From positions 1,488,001 to 1,552,000 of the forward strand of contig NC_092671.1 of NCBI RefSeq assembly GCF_964355755.1: a stretch of 64,000 bases of DNA. The letters are read 5' to 3'. The translations under genes and the position numbers were made by a program. The notes below the pieces were generated by a model. It was given only the letters and a program-made list of their open reading frames with translations. It searched no databases and had not been told where the DNA came from. Numbering within the stretch: position 1 is the first letter of the stretch; the number at the start of each line of letters is the position of its first letter. The DNA is from Antedon mediterranea. Taxonomy: Eukaryota; Animalia; Echinodermata. Shown here one piece after another: positions 63,937 to 64,000 of the stretch.

Positions 63937-64000
63937 TTAGTGAAGGTGGGAAAACAAAAAAATAACAAATAATATGACAATAACCAGCTTTTATGGTAAT

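Overview
AT-rich (roughly 70% by eye) eukaryotic, animal-type non-coding DNA, most likely intronic or intergenic sequence of an invertebrate. The Deu/Nin-domain SINEs and abundant TAGGCCTA suggest a marine deuterostome such as an echinoderm, but that is inference. No convincing protein-coding gene is present: the long ORFs are read-through of tandem repeats or AT-rich chance ORFs, and only weak small-exon candidates remain. The window is dominated by non-autonomous transposons and minisatellites. The clearest structural discovery is a 5.63-kb Foldback/MULE-like element (13825-19454). It has a perfect 9-bp target duplication (CATGAAAAT), GAG-initiated termini, ~0.5-kb inverted arms made of 21-bp tandem repeats, and host-like cargo with no transposase. 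Other elements: two Helitron/Helentron-type (HINE-like) elements each carrying a tRNA-like Pol III cassette, a 5S-rRNA+tRNA composite SINE candidate, two Deu/Nin-domain SINEs with different tails, a Tc2/pogo-like MITE, Harbinger-like MITEs (one with six TAACCGGTTA palindromes), a MITE with CTCF-like motifs, and a 30-bp hairpin with a 7-bp TSD. All coordinates and counts were read by eye.
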